A DNA stretch of 64,000 nt, taken from positions 3,136,001 to 3,200,000 of the forward strand of contig OZ219926.1 in NCBI GenBank assembly GCA_964291405.2, written 5' to 3'. Numbering within the stretch: position 1 is the first letter of the stretch; every line of letters begins with the position of its first letter. The notes beneath the pieces were generated by a model, which saw nothing but the letters and a program-made list of their open reading frames with translations, did not search any database and had not been told where the DNA came from. The position numbers and the translations under genes are program-made. This document shows, piece by piece, positions 18,800 through 28,862 of the stretch. Origin of the DNA: Thermodesulfobacteriota bacterium. Its GTDB lineage: Bacteria; Desulfobacterota; Binatia; Bin18.

Positions 18800-21058
18800 A
18801 TGCGTCGCGTTCGAGACCTGCGGAAATATGAGCTGCCGGACACGCTGCTGGAGATCTGGGAACGCCAGCAGGGCGAGTTTCTCTTGCCTGTGCAGGAAGT
18901 TGCCGTGCAGCGCTATGGGCTGTTTGACGGTCGTAGCCTAGTCATCTCCTCTCCAACGTCATCGGGCAAAACCTTTGTGGGCGAAATGGCTGCCCTGCGC
19001 GCAGCCTTTGCCGGCCAGCGCGTGCTGTATTTAACGCCGCTGCGCGCCCTGGCGGAAGAAAAATACGAAACCTTTCGCGCGCGTTACGCAACGTACGGAG
19101 TCAAGGTCGTGGTGGCCACGCGTGACAGACGCGAGTTTGATAACGATATCGAACACGGTGACTTTCACCTGGCCGTCCTCGTATACGAAAAACTCGCCCA
19201 GTTGCTCGTCCGTCACCCGCACCTGTTGCGGACGGTCGCCCTGGTCGTGGTGGACGAACTCCAGATGCTGGGCGACCCGGAACGCGGGTCGGGGCTGGAA
19301 TTGACGTTGACAAAACTCCTCAGCGCCGTACCACGGCCACAGCTTTTGGGACTCTCGGCCGTCCTGCGCGAAGCGGAACAAGTCGCCGCCTGGTTGGACG
19401 CCGACCTCCTTTTACAAGATGAACGGCCAGTTGAACTCTACCGTGGTGTGGTACTCGGCGACCGCTTTCGCTACCGCATGTATAACACGGGCGAAGAAGG
19501 TGAGGAGCGCCTGGCTCCCGCTGAGTCAGACGACCCGCGTGAGCTCTTATACGCCCACGTTACGCATCTCGCGCGGCAGGGAGAACAAATCCTCGTTTTT
19601 TTGAAAGGTAAACGGGAGACGGTCCAGTGCGCCCTGGAGCTGACTGAAGCCTCCGAGCTGACACCGGCCGCCGATGCACTGGCAGCGCTTGAGCCCCTCG
19701 AAGAGACTTCCCTCAAGGCACAACTGCGTGATGCCCTTGCTGGGGGTGTAGCGTTTCACCATGCTGACCTGACCTCGGCGGAGCGGGCGACTGTTGAGGC
19801 TGCCTACCGCCAGGGCGAAGTGCGGATCATTGCGTGTACCACGACGCTGGCCTTTGGGGTGAATCTGCCCGCCTCCACGGTATTCATCGAAGCCGTCAAA
19901 TGGGACACGGACAAACGGACCGGCACGGCGATTGAAGTCCCGCTCTCCTGGGCCGAATATGAAAATATCTCTGGACGAGCGGGTCGACTCGGATTCGCGT
20001 CGCCCCCCCCTTCTTTGGGGGGCCGCCCTGAGCCAGTCGAAGGGCGAGGGGGCAAAGAGATATTTGGCCGGTCCGTCTTGATTGCCACCAATCAGTTCCA
20101 GGCCGACCTATTGTGGCGGGGCTATGTGATGGGCGAGCAGGAGCAGTTTACTCCAGCCCCCGGCCAGACCGGACTCACGGACCGTATTCTCAATCTGATT
20201 GCCTCCAAGGTCTGTCTTTCGACGGATGAGATCCAGGCTTTTTTAGACCTGACCTATCTCGGCTTTCAGCAACGGGGCAAACGCGCACCCGCCTCAGACG
20301 AAGCAGAGCGAGCGCTGGACGTTCTGGGCACCACGCAGCTTGTCAATCGCAGTGAAGACGGACGGCTGGTAGCGTCAACGCTGGGAGAGGTCGCAGCCCG
20401 CAAAGGCATACGTGCGGCAACCGCGGTGAAACTGGCACGATTTTTTGAGTCGGCTCAGGGACGCGACGTGTCCGAGCTGGAACTCTTCTATGCATTAAGC
20501 CTAACCGAAGACGGCCAAAAAATGCAGATTCCGTTGTCGTCGGCCGAACACCGCGGTCGGGGATATGAAAGCAAAGTGGGCGAGTGGATACGCGAACGCG
20601 GCTATGAGCCGGGCGATGAACTCCAGAAGCTCCTCAACGCCCGCATGCTCCCGACAGCCCAGGAGGCCCGGTCGGCCAAGCTCTCGTTGCTGCTGCTGGG
20701 CTGGATTAACGGGGCCGAACTGTCGTCTCTGGAAAACCGCTGTCAGTGTTATGCCGGTACGATTCTCAGCCTGACAGATGAGGTCAGTTGGCTGGTGGAT
20801 GCGGCGGCGGAGATTGCCGAGGTCATGGGTTGGGCATCGGCCAAGCAACTGTCCGAACTCGCGGAGCGGGCGCGGTTCGGGGTCGATCCACCGAGCCTGG
20901 AGTTGGCCCGGGCTCAGTTGCCCGGACTCAACCGTGAAGAAATCAAAACGCTGGTGTCCGCGGGGTTCGACTCGCCCCTGGCCGTGCGCGAAGCGTCTCC
21001 AGAAGCGCTGGAGCCCTACCTGTCGCCGCCACAAATTGAGGCGCTACGCACGCACTGA
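18800..21058 (+). CDS. Ski2-like SF2 helicase, Hel308/Hjm type
   Basis: Motifs SPTSSGKT, PLRALAEEKY, VVVDELQ, GLSA, FHHADL, TTTLAFGVNLPA and GRAGR, with an HhH-like C-terminus (FGV..LPGLNR). Confidence 0.9.
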   Translation: MRRVRDLRKYELPDTLLEIWERQQGEFLLPVQEVAVQRYGLFDGRSLVISSPTSSGKTFVGEMAALRAAFAGQRVLYLTPLRALAEEKYETFRARYATYGVKVVVATRDRREFDNDIEHGDFHLAVLVYEKLAQLLVRHPHLLRTVALVVVDELQMLGDPERGSGLELTLTKLLSAVPRPQLLGLSAVLREAEQVAAWLDADLLLQDERPVELYRGVVLGDRFRYRMYNTGEEGEERLAPAESDDPRELLYAHVTHLARQGEQILVFLKGKRETVQCALELTEASELTPAADALAALEPLEETSLKAQLRDALAGGVAFHHADLTSAERATVEAAYRQGEVRIIACTTTLAFGVNLPASTVFIEAVKWDTDKRTGTAIEVPLSWAEYENISGRAGRLGFASPPPSLGGRPEPVEGRGGKEIFGRSVLIATNQFQADLLWRGYVMGEQEQFTPAPGQTGLTDRILNLIASKVCLSTDEIQAFLDLTYLGFQQRGKRAPASDEAERALDVLGTTQLVNRSEDGRLVASTLGEVAARKGIRAATAVKLARFFESAQGRDVSELELFYALSLTEDGQKMQIPLSSAEHRGRGYESKVGEWIRERGYEPGDELQKLLNARMLPTAQEARSAKLSLLLLGWINGAELSSLENRCQCYAGTILSLTDEVSWLVDAAAEIAEVMGWASAKQLSELAERARFGVDPPSLELARAQLPGLNREEIKTLVSAGFDSPLAVREASPEALEPYLSPPQIEALRTH
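19999..20053. repeat. Palindromic REP-like element in frame within the helicase gene
   Basis: CCCCCCCC-ttcttt-GGGGGG and GCCCT-gagccagtcga-AGGGC hairpins encode SPPPSLGGRPEPVEGRGG just after motif VI. Confidence 0.55.
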
Positions 21059-21080
21059 ATCCGTCTCAGCAACCGGACAT

Positions 21081-22559
21081 ATGACCAGCCCACTCCCTGC
21101 TGACGTTTTGGAACTGGCTCTCCAGACCCTGGAAGCCGAACTGGTCGAGGCCGACCGCTTGGTGTCCTTTCGGGCCGTGCTGGATACCACCGAGCCGGTC
21201 GCCGAGGCGGACCGTTTCCGCTGGTATGCGAACGGGCAGGTCTGCCTGGAACGCTCTGCTCACGGGACGCTGACATTCTTCCTGCCGGCCATTGCCCCGA
21301 GTTCAGCTCCCCGCCGTCTGGGGACTTTTGATCGCCACGGACGTTTACTCTCTCTTTTTTTCTATGCTGCCGATGGTCTGGTGCGGCAGTTTAAGGTGCG
21401 CAATATGGACGGCCACTTTCTCGGCGTCGTCCGCGGTGCGGCGTCCCATCTGGGCTGGGGCAGGTCTGACGTGATCGGGGCCTTGGCCGGTGAGGGCGGC
21501 TTTGAGATGGAACGGATACTCACCTTCTTCCGTTCGGTCTCGTACGAAGACATGGATACCCTCCCGCCGTTAGACGCCCCGATGAGTCTCCCGTCCGGTG
21601 GCGGGGCAACCATCTTGAATGTGCTGGCGCGCTTAGGGCAGGACCAGGAAAAACAGGCACTACGCTACTACGGACCGTACCCCAGCGATCAGCTCTTTTT
21701 TACTCTACGGGAGTCCTTCATCTGCGGAGGAGAAGTTGGGGCCAATCGCGAGCGTTTCACCCAGGGGGCTGAAGAGGCCGCCCTGCATATGACGATGGTT
21801 GAGGCTGCGGTTGACTGGCGGCCCGCCCCGCATGAACGGTTTTATCCGGGAGCGCATACCTGCGTACAACTGCGCAATGGAGTCGAAAAAGTCTATGACC
21901 ACGGCCATACCTATTATCGGGCCGACCTGGTGGCCGAAGCTCATCGGCTCCGCGTGCTCCAGACCGAAGAGGGACAACGCCGCTATATCGCCAGCTTGAC
22001 CATACTGGGACAGGGGCTTGAGGATCATCTTATCCTGGATGAACACGGAGAGATTCTCGAACGTCTGCCGCAGCCCGTACAGCCCATTCTGCGGGGCGAT
22101 CCGGTCCTCTCTCCAGACTGGAAGGCTGCCCTCGTTCGCCTCATTGCCGCAGAGAGCACGAAGCTGCTACACGCCGCGCTGTGGCCGGCGATGGATGAGC
22201 TGACTATTCTGTGGGGCAGGGTGCCTAAAGAACTGTGGGCGCTGAGTGGCAATGAACTCGTTTTGCACGCGGGGATGATTGCGGTCCATCAGGACATGCA
22301 GAGCCGGGCCAACAGCGCGGCCGAAAAAATCCTCATCGCCTCTCGCTTTCTGTCCGAATTAGCGCGGCTGGTCGGTCCGGTGATCCGCAGCCGTGCCCAA
22401 GCTCAATTGGCCAGCCTCTCGCCCGCTGACCAGAATGTGGCGCTGCTATTCGCCGCCTCGGATACGCCAGGGCTGTCGGATGACGAACTACGAGCGTTTC
22501 TAACGGGCCTGGCGCAGGGGGAAGAGCTGCCGCTGGTACAGAAGGAGCGGCAAGAATGA
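21081..22559 (+). CDS. Hypothetical protein
   Basis: 492-aa ORF 22 nt downstream of the helicase, with protein-like composition. No family recognised. Confidence 0.75.
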   Translation: MTSPLPADVLELALQTLEAELVEADRLVSFRAVLDTTEPVAEADRFRWYANGQVCLERSAHGTLTFFLPAIAPSSAPRRLGTFDRHGRLLSLFFYAADGLVRQFKVRNMDGHFLGVVRGAASHLGWGRSDVIGALAGEGGFEMERILTFFRSVSYEDMDTLPPLDAPMSLPSGGGATILNVLARLGQDQEKQALRYYGPYPSDQLFFTLRESFICGGEVGANRERFTQGAEEAALHMTMVEAAVDWRPAPHERFYPGAHTCVQLRNGVEKVYDHGHTYYRADLVAEAHRLRVLQTEEGQRRYIASLTILGQGLEDHLILDEHGEILERLPQPVQPILRGDPVLSPDWKAALVRLIAAESTKLLHAALWPAMDELTILWGRVPKELWALSGNELVLHAGMIAVHQDMQSRANSAAEKILIASRFLSELARLVGPVIRSRAQAQLASLSPADQNVALLFAASDTPGLSDDELRAFLTGLAQGEELPLVQKERQE

Positions 22560-22631
22560 GTGTTTTAGAGTGGTTTCAGTTGGCCATTGGTGCAGGCTTA
22601 TTTATCTCACTCGCTGTCCTGGCATGGGGAT

Positions 22632-23555
22632 TCACCCGACACTCACGCCGAGATAGGGGCCTGTAGTTTTTGCCGCTTTTATTGTCTGACAGTGGGCGGT
22701 CACAATCCTATTGATATCCCGCGCGTAGCCGCCGCCTAAGGTCACAGCAAGGGGGATTCCCGCCCGCCGGGCGAAGTCGCACGTTATCCGGTCCCGCTCC
22801 CCGACCCCGGCCATCGACAGCGCCAGTTTTCCGAACCGGTCGCCTTGGAGCACATCCACGCCGGCTTGGTACAGAATCAGGCCCGGTTGGGCTCGCTCGA
22901 GGAGCACGGGCAGACTCTCCTCCAGCCGGCCTAGATACTGTTCGTCCGTCGTGCCGTCTGGCAGTGCGATATCCCACGAGCTGTGTTCTTTGTGGGCAGG
23001 GTAGTTATTGGCCGCGTGCATGGAAAAGGTGAAGGTATCCAGGTCGGCCTGACATAACGCGGCCGTGCCGTTCCCCTGATGCACATCAAGATCGAGAACG
23101 AGAGCGCGGCCGATACGGCCCTCTGCCCGTAGTCGCCTCAGGACAATGACCAAGTCGTTAAAAATACAGTAACCTTCGCCGTGGTCGGCGAAGGCATGGT
23201 GAGTGCCCCCGGCCAGATTAGTGGCAATCCCGTCTCTCAGTGCGGCCCGAGCCGCCCCCAGCGTTCCACCAATCACGGCAAACGCGCGGTGGACAAGTTG
23301 CCGAGACCAGGGCAGGCCGAGGCGGAGCAGGGCCTTACGTTCCAGCGTCCCGTTCAGAAAGGCGTGGACATATTCCGGCGTATGCACACGAAGAATATCT
23401 TCGAGGGCTATCGGCTGCGGCTCAACTATTTCCTCTGGCGTGAGGATGCCCTCGGCCAGCAACCGTTCCGGGACCAGACGATACTTGTCCATGGGATAGG
23501 AGTGATTTCCCATGGGAGCGGTATAGCGAGCGGAAGTAAAGGCTTGCATCCTCAC
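22632..23555 (-). CDS. Histone deacetylase-family (class IV-like) amidohydrolase
   Basis: Motifs NLAGGTHHA, GYCIFND, DLDVHQGNGTA, AGVD and GGGY. Confidence 0.93.
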   Translation of the reverse strand: MRMQAFTSARYTAPMGNHSYPMDKYRLVPERLLAEGILTPEEIVEPQPIALEDILRVHTPEYVHAFLNGTLERKALLRLGLPWSRQLVHRAFAVIGGTLGAARAALRDGIATNLAGGTHHAFADHGEGYCIFNDLVIVLRRLRAEGRIGRALVLDLDVHQGNGTAALCQADLDTFTFSMHAANNYPAHKEHSSWDIALPDGTTDEQYLGRLEESLPVLLERAQPGLILYQAGVDVLQGDRFGKLALSMAGVGERDRITCDFARRAGIPLAVTLGGGYARDINRIVTAHCQTIKAAKTTGPYLGVSVG

Positions 23556-24109
23556 TCTCTGAAGACCGCCTTCAGCAACGCTTGAACATTAGTGACCCGG
23601 ACGATGCGCCACCGACCCTCAGGGGTATAGCGGAGTCCAATCTCAATCTCTTCGCCGCTGTCGAGTGGAACGGAAAAGTAGCGGATATCTTCCCGCGTAT
23701 CCCCGCCGATGACCGTTCCGATGAGGGCAACGGTCGGGATCTGCGGGAGCGTCAGGTCTGAATTCTGAAAGGCCTGCTGTACGGCAAACGTCACTCCCGC
23801 CTTGGCGAGGTCCTGAACATCCCGAGTCAGACTCTCAAGTCCCCTGTGCAGGAGCCCGACGAGGGAGTCCGACGGCGTGTCATGCTGTTGCGGAACATCT
23901 GGCACACTCTGCCCCAAATCCTCTAGGGCGTAGCTGACTACACTGTCTATATCGACATAGTGCGTAAAGGTCTCATAGTTGCGTGTCTTGAGAGCTTGCT
24001 GGATGTGATAGATCGAATAGGAGGGGGTTTGCATCCAGGCGTAGATTCCACCCAGCCCGAGAAAGACACACAGCACGATCGCTCGTAGGCTTTTCATGCG
24101 CCCCATCAT
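23552..24109 (-). CDS. DUF2939-like membrane-anchored protein
   Basis: TM helix then TPSYSIY..A..YVDIDSV, ending WRIVRV. Confidence 0.65.
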   Translation of the reverse strand: MMGRMKSLRAIVLCVFLGLGGIYAWMQTPSYSIYHIQQALKTRNYETFTHYVDIDSVVSYALEDLGQSVPDVPQQHDTPSDSLVGLLHRGLESLTRDVQDLAKAGVTFAVQQAFQNSDLTLPQIPTVALIGTVIGGDTREDIRYFSVPLDSGEEIEIGLRYTPEGRWRIVRVTNVQALLKAVFRE

Positions 24110-24208
24110 ACGGGAGGAATATCCGGTACGAAATGTGGGGTGCGGATAGGGTCGGACTCTGGTATGCAGGGGTGATCGTTGTTGAGCAGCTTAATGGAGA
24201 GAGACGCG

Positions 24209-25096
24209 ATGCAAGCCATAGGCATCCTCTACCCTGGTGACATGGGCCATAATGTAGGGCGTGTACTGAAAGAGGACGGCTTCTCCGTTGCGACGACACT
24301 GGTCGGGCGGAGCTCGCGCACACGACAGCTCAGCACACAGGCCGGAATAACCGAACTCGATTCTCTGGTGGCGGTCGTTGAGCAGGCGGATATCGTTCTC
24401 TCAATTATTCCCCCAACGGCCGCTCAAACAGTCTCACACGATTTTGCCTACGCTGTTCAGCAGGCGAACCGGAGACCGTTATTTGTCGACGCGAATGCCG
24501 TCTCTCCCATGACCGTTGGCCAGGTGGGTGAGACGATTCGGGCGGCGGGTTGTGACTTTCTCGATGCCTGCATCATCGGTCCGGCTCGGGATGTACGGGG
24601 CCGCTGCACCATGTATGTCAGCGGTCCGCACGTCCAGAAGTTTGAGGCGGCGCTCGGGAAATCGCTCCGCATGCATCCCTTAGGGGACGCCATTGGTCAA
24701 GCATCTGCTTTTAAGATGTTGTTCTCCGGACTCAATAAAGGCCTGGTTGCCGTGCTGAGTGAACTGACAGTGGCCGCGCAGGAATATGATTTCCTGGATG
24801 ATTTGCTCGCCTGTTACACCGAACTTTTTCCGGGAGTCATGCAGTCGCTGGAATGGCTTGTGCCGACCTATCCCTTTCACGCCGCCAGACGGGCCGAAGA
24901 AATGCGTGAGCTGGCCGAAACACTGGAACACTTACGCTCTTCCGCAGTCATGGCGCGCGGGACTCAGCAGACTCTGGCCGAGATTGGCCAGCTCAACCTG
25001 ACCGACCGATTCCCGGAGAATGGAGAGCACGACTGGACTCTGCGTAAAGTGCTTGAAGCGCTCGGCCAGTGTGGGGCGCTGAAACGGAGTTCCTGA
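24209..25096 (+). CDS. NAD(P)-dependent oxidoreductase (6PGDH-like with DUF1932)
   Basis: Motifs PGDMGH, FVDANAVSP, ASAFKM..GLNKG and RRAEEM. Confidence 0.85.
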   Translation: MQAIGILYPGDMGHNVGRVLKEDGFSVATTLVGRSSRTRQLSTQAGITELDSLVAVVEQADIVLSIIPPTAAQTVSHDFAYAVQQANRRPLFVDANAVSPMTVGQVGETIRAAGCDFLDACIIGPARDVRGRCTMYVSGPHVQKFEAALGKSLRMHPLGDAIGQASAFKMLFSGLNKGLVAVLSELTVAAQEYDFLDDLLACYTELFPGVMQSLEWLVPTYPFHAARRAEEMRELAETLEHLRSSAVMARGTQQTLAEIGQLNLTDRFPENGEHDWTLRKVLEALGQCGALKRSS

Positions 25097-25219
25097 TACG
25101 GTTCGTATGTTGCTGACATTATCCAGACGTGTTGACACGGATGGGGGTATTAGGCTAAGAATGAACTCGCCTGTTCTAATAATGAACTATCAAGTAAATT
25201 TCAGAATAAGGAGTGTCCG

Positions 25220-26215
25220 ATGTCACAGACGCATACGGTGAAGGCCACCTCCGATGCAATTTTTACCCAACTGCTCGATGTCCAGGACCAGGACATGCGC
25301 CGTCTATATGAGAAGGCGAAACGCGACCAGTGGAACGCTTCGACCGATATTGACTGGGACGCCGGGGGCGACCCGGACTGCGGTATTTTACCCGATGGAT
25401 TAATTGATATTTACGGCACGAAATACTGGGACAAGTTGGACGACAAGCACCGACTCGACCTGAACCGGCACTTCTCCGCCTGGCGAATCAGCCAGCTCAT
25501 GTACGGCGAGCAATTCGCCCTTATGGTCTGTGGTCAGATTGCCAATGTCGTGCCGGGCATCGACTCGAAGTTTTTTATGGCGACCCAGGTCGCTGATGAG
25601 GCGCGCCACTCAGAGGTGCTGGCCCGCTATCTGTACGACAAAGTCGGGGTGACGTATCCACTGACCGCCAACCTCAAGAATCTGTTCGACCACGTCCTGG
25701 CCATGCCACAGTGGTACCTCAAGACCGTGGGAACTCAACTCGTAGCGGAAACCCTGGCAGTATCGCTGTTTCGGATGCTGGCCGACCACAGCCCGGACCC
25801 GTTAATCAGCCAGATCTGTCGCCGCATCCTCTCTGACGAATCCCGCCATATGGGCTTTGGGATGTTAAGCCTGCCTGACCAGATACAGGAATTATCCGAG
25901 CAGGAGCTCGAAGAAGTCGAAGAGTTTGCCTGTGAAGCAACCGCCGGACTCTTGCAGGGACAGTTTCCGCGAGAAGCGTATGAAGCCGTCGGCTTTACCA
26001 AGGCCGAGATAGAAGACATCCGAACCATGCGTCACGAAGTTGCCAAAAAGAACGAATATGTGGCGTTTCGGACGTTCTTTAAGAAAGACTTTCATGCCGC
26101 CCTGTGGAGCAATATGGAGAAAGTCGGTCTGCTGAGTGAGCGGGCGATCAAGAAGCTCGGAACTATGGGCATCGTCGCTCCACAGGCACAGCAACGAGAA
26201 CAGGCGGCCGCGTAA
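25220..26215 (+). CDS. Ferritin-like diiron protein (AurF/N-oxygenase-like)
   Basis: Ligand pattern GEQ..DEARH..AE..DESRH and LYEKAKRDQWN. SD AAGGAG. Confidence 0.85.
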   Translation: MSQTHTVKATSDAIFTQLLDVQDQDMRRLYEKAKRDQWNASTDIDWDAGGDPDCGILPDGLIDIYGTKYWDKLDDKHRLDLNRHFSAWRISQLMYGEQFALMVCGQIANVVPGIDSKFFMATQVADEARHSEVLARYLYDKVGVTYPLTANLKNLFDHVLAMPQWYLKTVGTQLVAETLAVSLFRMLADHSPDPLISQICRRILSDESRHMGFGMLSLPDQIQELSEQELEEVEEFACEATAGLLQGQFPREAYEAVGFTKAEIEDIRTMRHEVAKKNEYVAFRTFFKKDFHAALWSNMEKVGLLSERAIKKLGTMGIVAPQAQQREQAAA

Positions 26216-26225
26216 AGATAGACAT

Positions 26226-26292
26226 AGAGGGGCGGGGTTTGAAACCCGGCCCCTCTTTTTTTAGCAGGATGCTTGAGCGTCCTGCTTTTTTT
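26226..26292 (+). terminator. Two tandem Rho-independent terminators
   Basis: AGAGGGGCGGGG..CCCGGCCCCTCT plus a T-run, then AGCAGGATGC-ttga-GCGTCCTGCT plus a T-run. Confidence 0.8.
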
Positions 26293-26462
26293 GTGCTTGA
26301 ATCCCCCTCGACTCTGTGGGCTCCATACTCGGCTTGTTCCCTTCCCGCTAATCGGTATACTCTCCCCGCTCGTATAGTATAATCAGGCGCGGCGACGGAC
26401 GGCCCAGAGACATGGTGGGCCGATCGTTGACGCTCATCACACAGGTAATAAGGAGGACTATC

Positions 26463-27242
26463 ATGGGTGAATTTGTTGAGGTTGCAGAGGCCAGAAAACT
26501 GTCCGGATTGCGACTCGTGCTGACGCTCGGCGTGCCAGGTCCGTGGAGCGAGGCTGCCAAAGGTATTTTGTACGTCAAAAAGATTCCCTATGTGCGCGTC
26601 CGTCAGGAACTCGGCGGTCCCAACCCGGAACTGACCGAATGGACCGCGCAGGCGACAGCCCCGGTCGCGATCTGGAACGATGAACCGCCGCGCTCAACCT
26701 GGATAGAGCAGCTCTTTCTGGCCGAGCGCCTTGAGCCGACGCCGGCTTTGATACCGGACAATATCGAGGATCGGATGCTGATGTTCGGCTATTGCAACGA
26801 GTTGTGCGGCGAGCACGGCTATGGCTGGTCCAAACGGCTGATGCTGCTCCACGCGGTCCTGACCGACTCGGGCGCGGACGAATCGGCACGGGCCTTTGCC
26901 ACGCATATGGGGAATAAATACGGCTATACTCGGGAAGAAGCCGAGGCCGCGCCGGCCCGAGTGGCCAATATTGTGACAACGCTCGGCTCCCGCTTGGAAC
27001 AGCAGCACAACAATGGCAGTCGGTTTTTTATCGGCAACCAGTTGTCCGCTCTCGATATCTATTGGGCCACATTTGCCGCGCTTATCCAGCCGCTGCCGCA
27101 CGAACTGTGTCCGATGCCCGATGCCTTTCGGGCCATGTACATTAACACCGACCCGGTGGTGCAATCCGCGGTGAAGCCGATACTGCTCGAACACCGTGAC
27201 TTTATCTATCACGAATACCTTGAGTTGCCGATTGATCTGTAG
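26463..27242 (+). CDS. Glutathione S-transferase-like protein
   Basis: N-terminal PGPWSEAAK and C-terminal FFIGNQLSALDIYWA. SD AAGGAGG. Confidence 0.75.
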   Translation: MGEFVEVAEARKLSGLRLVLTLGVPGPWSEAAKGILYVKKIPYVRVRQELGGPNPELTEWTAQATAPVAIWNDEPPRSTWIEQLFLAERLEPTPALIPDNIEDRMLMFGYCNELCGEHGYGWSKRLMLLHAVLTDSGADESARAFATHMGNKYGYTREEAEAAPARVANIVTTLGSRLEQQHNNGSRFFIGNQLSALDIYWATFAALIQPLPHELCPMPDAFRAMYINTDPVVQSAVKPILLEHRDFIYHEYLELPIDL

Positions 27243-27262
27243 GTCGGTTGCATTTGCCGCTC

Positions 27263-28360
27263 TCACCGCTCCGCACCGCGCTGGAACTCTGTTCCCGTGG
27301 TGGTCACGGTAAACGTGGCGCTGTCGAACTCTACCCCATCAGCGAGGGCGCGCACCGTATGCGTGCCATCGTCCAACAGATTCCAGTTGAATGGCAGGAT
27401 AAAGCCGTTATTGCTATCGCCGCAGACGCTCGTCGTATCACGCCGCTCGGTCCCATACGTAGCCGGAATTCGGATCGTGTCGTTAATTTCAATCTCTACG
27501 TTGGACACCTCGGAACGGCCCGGAACATACGGCTGCAAAATGTTCACCACGTACATATCCCGGCCTAGTTCATCCATGGTTTGGGTGAGCGGAACAGGGA
27601 CCCAGGGGGAACCGTCCTGATTCCTTACGGTCGCGCCTGGCGCGACATCGATGGTGATCCGTGGTGGGATGACTGTGCCTGCCGGGCTACGCGAGTCCGG
27701 CGGTAGGATGTTTTCTGACAGCCTGGTAATGGGCCAACTCAGCCGCACGTTGCCGATGTCGATAGTGAATATCCTACTCGCACCCAGTAGCGTCTCGTAG
27801 AACTCTGTTCGGTCGTGCCCGGTGTCGTCCACGTAGGAAATCGTGAAACGTCGGACTTGGTCAGCCACCTCCTGGACGGTCGTCCGGCCTGTGATGTGTG
27901 TTTTGTTCCCTGAGCCGGTTCGCGCCCACCAGTTCCCCTGGTTGTCTACCGATGACTCGCGGTGCTCAAGTCCATCATAAAAATACCGCTCGGCCACTTC
28001 GGGCACGGCGGGAGGTGGGGGTTCTCACCCTGGTCCGGTGACGCACACCCAGCCGGAGAACCGCACGACACCGCTCTCCTGCGATGAGCCGTGGGAAGGA
28101 CTCTCCAACCTGCCGGTTAAGCCAGGTCGAGATAATGGAGGGCGGCGGTAGATGACGCCCATCTCGGCATTCTCCAAATGCCAATCATCTTCTGATAAAT
28201 TACCGTCTCTTACTTTTAAGACACTCCGTGAGGGGGCGTCCCAGATGGTCAGCCGCCCGCTGTAATGCGGTCTGTTCTGTGAGCTCTGGGTCCTACAGGC
28301 AATAACCAAAAGCGAGAGCACGAGAAGGACAGGCAGTGCTCTGGAATGGCATAGAGCCAT
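27263..28360 (-). pseudogene. Putative lipoprotein gene interrupted by an in-frame TGA (28025-28027)
   Basis: ORFs 28025-28360 and 27263-28006 are in the same frame (GWVCVTGPG*EPPPPAVPE). Lipobox-like VIAC and a beta-rich C-terminal module (YGTER.DT..VCGD.NNGF..FNWNLL). Confidence 0.6.
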
Positions 28361-28377
28361 CGATTATCTGTACCCGA

Positions 28378-28851
28378 CTACTCAAAGCCGACAATACGAA
28401 CGTTTTCGAGTCGGAACTCGCCGTCACGCTGCGCGTACCAGCCGGTGAGTTCAAGCGGGGTGCCGGGCTGGGCCTGAGCGATTTTTGCGAGTGTGTCACG
28501 GGGACCGGTCACGTCGAGATCGGCTTTTCTCTTGCCGGCCCGGTGCAGAAAAATCTGCCGCGGGGTGAGCTGGGGCGAGTTGGGCGCGGTGACATTCGTG
28601 ACTTCGAGTTGGAAATCGCCCCGATAGCCGGTCACGCCAAGCTGAATGACCGCCAAGGCATCAGGAGCCGGGTCCGTATTGAGAAAGCCGGTCACCACCA
28701 CTTTGAAAGGAAAACGGCGGGTCTTGGCCGAGGGCCGGTCGCCGCCCACGCCCACGCCGCCTTGCGCCCAGACTGAGGGAGCGGGTAGCAGGCTCAGGTA
28801 ACAGAGGAGGAGGAGTGATGTTGTGAGTGCTTTACAAATACGATACGCCAT
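28378..28851 (-). CDS. Hypothetical secreted protein
   Basis: Signal peptide ending VWA, followed by a beta-rich mature region. Confidence 0.65.
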   Translation of the reverse strand: MAYRICKALTTSLLLLCYLSLLPAPSVWAQGGVGVGGDRPSAKTRRFPFKVVVTGFLNTDPAPDALAVIQLGVTGYRGDFQLEVTNVTAPNSPQLTPRQIFLHRAGKRKADLDVTGPRDTLAKIAQAQPGTPLELTGWYAQRDGEFRLENVRIVGFE

Positions 28852-28862
28852 ACCAAACCTTC

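Noticed and set aside
20778-21080. Extended N-terminus of the 593-aa ORF
   Set aside because: Overlaps the helicase 3' end in another frame. ATG 21081 is the plausible start.
14622-27242. Epoxide hydrolase and GST as an isoprene/alkene pathway with the monooxygenase
   Set aside because: The genes are 14-27 kb from the cluster and unlinked. The alpha subunit looks toluene-type rather than IsoA/XamoA-type.
28025-28027. In-frame TGA as selenocysteine
   Set aside because: No SECIS-like hairpin is evident downstream, and the context (GPG*EPPPP) is a linker rather than a redox motif.
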